Shown here one piece after another: positions 58,328-64,000 of a stretch of DNA of 64,000 nt. Each line of letters starts with the position of its first letter. Position 1 is the stretch's first letter. Below the pieces are notes generated by a model that made no database searches, had not been told where the DNA came from, and worked only from the letters and a program-made list of their open reading frames with translations. Both the position numbers and the translations under genes were made by a program. The DNA is from an uncultured archaeon (GTDB lineage Archaea; Asgardarchaeota; Thorarchaeia; Thorarchaeales; Thorarchaeaceae), in assembly GCA_964558645.1 (NCBI GenBank), contig CAZLEV010000001.1, positions 413,568 to 477,567 on the forward strand, read 5' to 3'.

Positions 58328-59740
58328 ATGACAACTTGGACTTCTTCTGCAGACTATGAGCAAATCAAGGCCGCAGTAACCTATTCTGGAGGCGAAGAGG
58401 GAAAGTGGCTCACTTTCGGCCCCATTGGAGACCATCCATTGTCTGGCAAGCTATTCCCTCCTTACGACCATCAAGGAATGATCAAAGACCTTGAGGAGAT
58501 AAAACGCATCGTAGAGTACGCTACTAATGCTATGGTATTCGACATGAAGCAACTCTTGCAAGAAAGTCTCAACGAATGGAAAGAGGACAAGCCCAGACTC
58601 AAGCAGATGATTCTTGGCTGTTTCCCCGATTACGAGCAAGAGCGGATTGAGAAGATTTTTCATAATCGGTATTGGATTGATATTTCTGCAGGAGAGCTCT
58701 TTGGAGAGAAATGCCCTCTCTTACCGGGAGAAACATTCGACTTTGGCATTCGACCTGTCAAGGGTATTGTCAACACCCAAGATTTGGCTCATATGACCGC
58801 CGAGGGCCTGATTCTGGGACAGATGTCGTCATGGTATCGCTCTCGAGAGAATCGCATCATGGATGTGGTTGTCAGAAATCACCCATTGTTCCTGGAGAGA
58901 TGTCCTTCTGTTATCAATCTAGATGATGGGCAATACCTCTCCGGCGGAGACATAGTCAACATCGATGAGAACCATATGGCGATTGGCATTCGGTCATTCA
59001 CAGGCAGAGATGCTGCCATCGAGATATCCAAGAGGCTTCCTGACAAAAGGATATACGCAGTGCTGAAATTTCCCCAGGAACTCGGAAGCACGTGGGTTGC
59101 TCACTACGGGAAACATCTCGACTACATGTTCACGATGTTGGATAAGGAGCGTGCGATGATACAGCCTTACATCTTCGACTATCCCAAGGGAAGCCGGAAG
59201 ATACTGCTCAAGATGCTTCAGGCCCTGAGCGATGATCTCTACAAATGGGAACCAGTGAGAGAGGAGTCTGATTTTCAGAAGGACCGATGGGCTGAGATTC
59301 CTGACAGACTCAAGCCTAGAATTGAATCTCGCGTATACGGTGGGCTCTCACGAGAACGAGTCAATGCCTTGAACGATGTAGGTAGTGTCGAGATATATCA
59401 GAACGGTAAGCTTGTGGGACAGAATCCAAGCTTCGTGGATTCTCTTGTGGATGAGGGATTGCTCGACCCTGATGAGATCATCCTCGTTGGGGGCGATCCC
59501 AACAACATCGATTATCGAAACGAATACGAGCATTGGCTGACTTCTGTCAGAGAGGGGGCATGGGCGTGCTCCGTGGCTGTTCTGAAGCCTAATACAGTAC
59601 TTGCCTACCATGACATGGAAAAGACCAACGAGAACTTACGTTATCATGGTGTAGATACCTACGAGATAGATGGACGCTTTGTGAAGCTGATTCATCGAAC
59701 TGGACTCTCTAATTTCATCCTACCCCTATGGAGGGCTTGA
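58328..59740 (+). CDS. Arginine-deiminase-like (pentein) protein A, lacking the catalytic Cys
   Basis: NTQD, RSRE, LSGGD, HLDYMF, C-terminal GLSNFILPLWR. Confidence 0.75.
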   Translation: MTTWTSSADYEQIKAAVTYSGGEEGKWLTFGPIGDHPLSGKLFPPYDHQGMIKDLEEIKRIVEYATNAMVFDMKQLLQESLNEWKEDKPRLKQMILGCFPDYEQERIEKIFHNRYWIDISAGELFGEKCPLLPGETFDFGIRPVKGIVNTQDLAHMTAEGLILGQMSSWYRSRENRIMDVVVRNHPLFLERCPSVINLDDGQYLSGGDIVNIDENHMAIGIRSFTGRDAAIEISKRLPDKRIYAVLKFPQELGSTWVAHYGKHLDYMFTMLDKERAMIQPYIFDYPKGSRKILLKMLQALSDDLYKWEPVREESDFQKDRWAEIPDRLKPRIESRVYGGLSRERVNALNDVGSVEIYQNGKLVGQNPSFVDSLVDEGLLDPDEIILVGGDPNNIDYRNEYEHWLTSVREGAWACSVAVLKPNTVLAYHDMEKTNENLRYHGVDTYEIDGRFVKLIHRTGLSNFILPLWRA

Positions 59741-59741
59741 T

Positions 59742-61172
59742 ATGTGGAATGTAAAGGCACGATACGATACTCTCAAGATTGCGATTGTTGAACCCGGACG
59801 CGCAGAGCGGTGGTGGGCCACACCTGTGAACGGAGAGTACCCAATCGCTTGGGGCTGCGTTGACTTGCCATATCACACCCATTTCACTAAACTGGAGTCC
59901 GACTTTCAGCGCCGAGATCTGCAGAACACCATGCAGAATGCCGTGAAGCGAGAGCTTCCAAGTGTGAGGCTGTTGACCTTCAGGCAGCTGCTCCAAGAAA
60001 CCCTTGACGAGTATCGAGAGGATGAATCCAAGGTCAAAGACATCGTTATGAGGTGCTTCCATGAGTGGGACCGACCACGAGTTAAGAAGATCATAGGAGG
60101 CAATTGGAGTGATGTCACAGCGGCTCAGATAATCGGTAGCGACTCTCCTCCTCTTATCAGGGATGGGGATGACTTCAAGGTCGGGATACGGCCGACGCCT
60201 TGGGTCCAGAACATCTCAGAAGAGGGCTGGATGACAGACCAAGGATGGGTGTACTGCAACAAGAAGACATGGTGGCGCTCGCGAGAGGATGAGATCACAC
60301 ACGCAATAGTGGAGAATCATCCCGAATTTATAGAGAACGTACAAGTGCTTCTGGATCTGAAACCTCCTGCTTACATGGAAGGTGGTGACCTGCGGGCACC
60401 AAGTGAGAACACGATTGCAGGCGGTGTGGGATGGCACACGAATCTCGAGGCGATGAGGCAGATCTCGGAGGCTCTACCGGAGAAGACAGTCTACGCAGTC
60501 CAGAAGGCTGACATTACCGAGGAAGACTTCACTGATGAGGTCTATGACTTCGGCTGGCACTTCGAGACCTTCCATTGCGAGGTTGACAAAGGGAAGGGTC
60601 TGTTCTTACCTTACATGAATGACTACCCGAAGGGCGGCAGGAAGAAATTCATCGAGTGGCTGAAGGCACTCAAGAAGGATATCGAAGAATGGCATCCTCT
60701 TCTCAGGAAACTGCGTGAGAAAGAGATCGAAGTGTCACCCGAAGAAGAGAAACGCATCAAGGAGAATGCCCTCAAGGACCTCACTGACGAGAAGATTGCC
60801 ACTCTCAAAGATGTGGGCAAAGTCTACACTTTCAAGAAGGGAGAACTGATCTCGAAGCGAGATAGCTACTTGCAGGCACTGATTGATGACGGTGTCATGG
60901 ATGAGGATGGCATCATCTGGTATGGTGGCGATCCGAGCTGGTTTGAGAATCCTCTGGAGCATTTGACTTCTCTTGCTGGAGCCTTCGCTGCAAAGGCAGA
61001 GATAGCTGAGTGTTTGAGTCCCGGAGTGGTCCTGGTCTTTGAGGAGGCTGAAAACACGATCAAGTCACTAGAGGAACACGGCTGTCGTGCTGTCACATAT
61101 TCGGCGTTCTATCAGAGAAAGACCGGAGGCCCCGGCCCCGATTGTTCGTTCTGTCCACTTCACAGAGAGTAG
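59742..61172 (+). CDS. Arginine-deiminase-like (pentein) protein B, retaining the catalytic Cys
   Basis: RSRE, MEGGD, HFETF, LSPGVV, GGPGPDCSFCPLHR. Confidence 0.78.
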   Translation: MWNVKARYDTLKIAIVEPGRAERWWATPVNGEYPIAWGCVDLPYHTHFTKLESDFQRRDLQNTMQNAVKRELPSVRLLTFRQLLQETLDEYREDESKVKDIVMRCFHEWDRPRVKKIIGGNWSDVTAAQIIGSDSPPLIRDGDDFKVGIRPTPWVQNISEEGWMTDQGWVYCNKKTWWRSREDEITHAIVENHPEFIENVQVLLDLKPPAYMEGGDLRAPSENTIAGGVGWHTNLEAMRQISEALPEKTVYAVQKADITEEDFTDEVYDFGWHFETFHCEVDKGKGLFLPYMNDYPKGGRKKFIEWLKALKKDIEEWHPLLRKLREKEIEVSPEEEKRIKENALKDLTDEKIATLKDVGKVYTFKKGELISKRDSYLQALIDDGVMDEDGIIWYGGDPSWFENPLEHLTSLAGAFAAKAEIAECLSPGVVLVFEEAENTIKSLEEHGCRAVTYSAFYQRKTGGPGPDCSFCPLHRE

Positions 61173-61179
61173 TTCAGAG

Positions 61180-62103
61180 TCAGTCGACAGCACCATCGGA
61201 CATAGTCTCTTGCGCAAGCGGATAGTTGATCAAAGTTATGCCCACAACCACCAGTATCAGACCAACAATGAATGTCCAGTAGATTGGCTCATTCAATAGT
61301 AGGAATGAAAGCAGGGTACCAAAGACTGGAACCAGATTGATGAACCCGCCAGCTCGTGTGGCTCCAAGTTTTCGAATGCTCTCGAAGTATAGAAAGAACG
61401 ATACGAACGTGACCAACAGGCCCAAGAATAGCACATTGAACCAGAAGACGGGGTCAGCAAGAGCAGGAAGAGCCAAGAGATTCTCTGTCATGGAGCCAAT
61501 GCCAAAGAAGAGACATCCGACCAATGAACCGCCGAAGTTCAATTCAGCTGCACTGACCTCCTTCATCGCCTCTTTGCCGACTGAGGAGTAGAGCCCCCAG
61601 ACAATCATCGCCATCAGTATGATGAGATTGCCGATGAAGTAATCAAATTGGAAGTCTAGCAATGCTTGTACTCCGATGACAAACACTACGCCTGTAAAGC
61701 TCATAAGAAGACCAGTGTATTGCCATCTTCTGCCTAGCTTCTCTCCATGAATGAAGTGAGCAAATATCGTGATGCTTGTTGGATTAAAGCCGGCAATGAT
61801 TGCACCCTGAGCGGCAGTGGTCAGACGCATGGCGAATAGGAACAGGACCCCGTAGCCGAAGACACCTGTCAGTCCAGCGAGAGATACAAGTTTCAGATTC
61901 CTTCCAGTGAACAACCGACGAACAGAACCGCCAGTAGCTTTGACCAATACAAGGAAGGGCAAAGTAGCAATCAAGAACCGGAAGAAACCGACGGTGAATG
62001 GTGGGGCAATCTCGACGATTATGTCTGCAGAGACCCACGAACCACCCCAGAAGAACATGGCTAGGATCAGCGTGAGGAAGTAGTATCTATCTGACCTTGC
62101 CAT
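61180..62103 (-). CDS. EamA/DMT-family transporter (paralogue of 57253-58185)
   Basis: FWGGSW, LGATRAGGFINLVPVFG, IYWTF shared with the first copy. Confidence 0.9.
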   Translation of the reverse strand: MARSDRYYFLTLILAMFFWGGSWVSADIIVEIAPPFTVGFFRFLIATLPFLVLVKATGGSVRRLFTGRNLKLVSLAGLTGVFGYGVLFLFAMRLTTAAQGAIIAGFNPTSITIFAHFIHGEKLGRRWQYTGLLMSFTGVVFVIGVQALLDFQFDYFIGNLIILMAMIVWGLYSSVGKEAMKEVSAAELNFGGSLVGCLFFGIGSMTENLLALPALADPVFWFNVLFLGLLVTFVSFFLYFESIRKLGATRAGGFINLVPVFGTLLSFLLLNEPIYWTFIVGLILVVVGITLINYPLAQETMSDGAVD

Positions 62104-62274
62104 AGTTTCAACTCGCCGTTGGGCTCTCAAGTCATGGGATGTTTCAGAATCTTGGGCGGCGTATACACACTCATTACACTCGCATTGGATTCTTGCTACC
62201 CATACGCTTGAGTGTTTGATTCGCGATATCCCATGCTATATAAGGACTCCCTGAGTTAACTATATAGAAGTGCG

Positions 62275-62439
62275 ATGCCGTATAGGTTTGAATGTCAGAT
62301 GTGTGACGGTGTGGTCACCGGCAAGACGAAAGAAGAAGTAGTCGAAGGAATCAAGAAGCATGGCGCTGCGGCGCACGGTCTTGATCCTATGCCTCAAGAA
62401 GAGGTCGACAAGCGCAAGCCGATGATAGAAGAGTACTGA
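62275..62439 (+). CDS. Small metal-binding protein, DUF1059-like (54 aa, not in the ORF track)
   Basis: MPYRFECQMCDGVVTGKTKEEVVEGIKKHGAAAHG, with CxxC and HxxxxH ligands; upstream TATATAA. Confidence 0.75.
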   Translation: MPYRFECQMCDGVVTGKTKEEVVEGIKKHGAAAHGLDPMPQEEVDKRKPMIEEY

Positions 62440-62647
62440 TGCAATATTACTCCACACGGTCCAGCGTGTAGTGGGCTTAGTGCACAGTACACGCATCACT
62501 TCTCTTTTTCTACCATGATAGGATGCAATCACAGATTCAGACGTGAGTTACCTAATCCCTTCCGTCTGGCTGTTCCCTTGTAGCGCATGTATCGAAGAGT
62601 TCATATTCAGTTGTTCGAGAAACTTGCACATCCGGTGGAGATTTGCG

Positions 62648-63067
62648 TTGACCGAAGACGATGAGTTGCTAGAAATACGACGCAGAAAGATGGACGAACT
62701 CATGAAAATGGCTCAAGAGCCTGAAGTTGCTGAACCGCTTTCGAAGGGGCAAGTTGTCCATTTGACCGAATCCAACTTCTGGTCGACAGTGAATCAGACG
62801 AAGATTGCACTCATCGACTTCTTTGGTGAGTGGTGTGGTCCTTGTAAGGCATTGGCCCCCATCTTCGCCAAGCTCGCTGCTGACTACAAAGGAGAGGCCT
62901 TCTTCGGCAAGATCGACATCGACAAGAATCCGAAGATAGCAGCTCAGTTTGGGGTCCAGTCTGTACCGAATGTTGTCGTATTCCGAGATGGGAGGCCCGT
63001 TGGCAATCTTCCTGGTCTTCGAGGCTATGCTGACTACTCCAACATAATCGAGAAGCTGCTGTCGTAA
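62648..63067 (+). CDS. trxA: Thioredoxin
   Basis: WCGPC, VQSVP; archaeal-type N-terminal helix DDELLEIRRRKM. Confidence 0.92.
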   Translation: MTEDDELLEIRRRKMDELMKMAQEPEVAEPLSKGQVVHLTESNFWSTVNQTKIALIDFFGEWCGPCKALAPIFAKLAADYKGEAFFGKIDIDKNPKIAAQFGVQSVPNVVVFRDGRPVGNLPGLRGYADYSNIIEKLLS

Positions 63068-63082
63068 GTGCACCTTAAACGA

Positions 63083-63961
63083 CTATAGGTTCTGTATCTC
63101 TTCCAGCATAGCTAAGGTCCTGACAGTCTTACCCTCTCCGGAGATGATACTCATGGGCATCGCCTTGGCGTTGGTTGCTGCTCCTACACTCCCCTTCTTA
63201 TCTGCCATGATTATGCCCGCCTCACTACCGGTCTTCGTTTCAAACATCTTCATTGCGCTGTCGCAGGCTTCCTGTACACTCCGCCCCTCTTCGTAGTATA
63301 GAGCACTCATTCTAGATAGGAGTACACGCATGATGTGCTCTCCGTAGCCTGTAGCACTCACCCCACATATCTCATCAGCATAGGCACCTGCACCCATCAC
63401 GGGACTATCTCCAACTCGACCCGGCATTTTTTTCGGGATTCCTCCTGTGGAGGAGGTTGCCGCAATCCGTCCATCAATGTCAATGGCCACGCAACCCACA
63501 GTGTCTCCCGTATCAAGATCCAAACCGAAATCCACTGCACCTGGCTCTCTCTGCTCACGGTACCCCTCGAATATCATCCTGTCATAGATCCGTTTGGCAT
63601 TGGGCCCTGCGAAGAAATTGTATTCCGTCTTCTCCATGATGTACCTTGCCAGCAAGATAGGGTTCTGTATTCCTGTGACGGCGGCGACAGACCCAAACTG
63701 TAGTTCACTACCATCCACAATCATTGCATCAAGTTCTTTGATACCCTCGATATTTGCTCGGGCACCCACTCCAGCATTCAGCTTGCCACAGCTCTCCATA
63801 TAGGCTGTGCATCTCTCTGCAGCATCGAGGGCACTACCTTTCTGTTTCAGCGCATCGAATCCAATGCGGGCCGCCTTCTCAACATGCGTCTTGCCGGGAG
63901 GAATCCTCTCGTCCTTCCATTTTCCGGCGCCACCATGCACTATAATCAATGGCAATTCCAT
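63083..63961 (-). CDS. iaaA: Isoaspartyl peptidase/L-asparaginase (second paralogue)
   Basis: IVHGGAG, ELDAMIVDG, DTVGCVA, STGG, GRVGDSP, TGYGE. Confidence 0.9.
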   Translation of the reverse strand: MELPLIIVHGGAGKWKDERIPPGKTHVEKAARIGFDALKQKGSALDAAERCTAYMESCGKLNAGVGARANIEGIKELDAMIVDGSELQFGSVAAVTGIQNPILLARYIMEKTEYNFFAGPNAKRIYDRMIFEGYREQREPGAVDFGLDLDTGDTVGCVAIDIDGRIAATSSTGGIPKKMPGRVGDSPVMGAGAYADEICGVSATGYGEHIMRVLLSRMSALYYEEGRSVQEACDSAMKMFETKTGSEAGIIMADKKGSVGAATNAKAMPMSIISGEGKTVRTLAMLEEIQNL

Positions 63962-64000
63962 CTGCCTATCGCCTCCATGAGGGACGGTGCCCTATCCCTC

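Noticed and set aside
20104-63961. Two iaaA paralogues as a recent duplication or mobile-element boundary
   Set aside because: The proteins are clearly diverged, both intact, and share no flanking sequence that I could see

Overview
Archaeal chromosomal DNA, most likely from an Asgard archaeon (Thorarchaeia-like). This is inferred from two Rab-like small GTPases, an arrestin-fold protein, a longin-like protein, an LRR protein, a TFB homologue and archaeal-type IorAB, DsrEFH and PDO genes. Most of the window is housekeeping: peptidases, ABC transport, CoA-transferase/GABA transaminase, thiol-redox and sulfur-relay genes, and PAS histidine kinases. Three regions stand out. (1) A ~10.8-kb capsid-less integrated element (46485-57253) sits in an intergenic site, not a tRNA. 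It has a 14-bp direct repeat plus two pairs of 12-bp terminal inverted motifs, a tyrosine integrase, a P-loop replication ATPase with internal 9-bp iterons (a second iteron array lies near the left end), a Rad52-like annealing protein, its own divergent TFB, a divergent pair of tiny RHH regulators missed by the ORF track, structured non-coding stretches and three parS-like palindromes. (2) A coupled five-gene operon (26490-30544) encodes a Zn-binding protein, a longin-like protein, two paralogous multipass membrane proteins and a small GTPase. (3) Two tandem arginine-deiminase-like paralogues with complementary active-site substitutions lie between two EamA transporters (57253-62103). No rRNA, tRNA or CRISPR array was recognised. 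All family assignments come from motif recognition by eye, not database searches, and several start codons were re-assigned by inspection.
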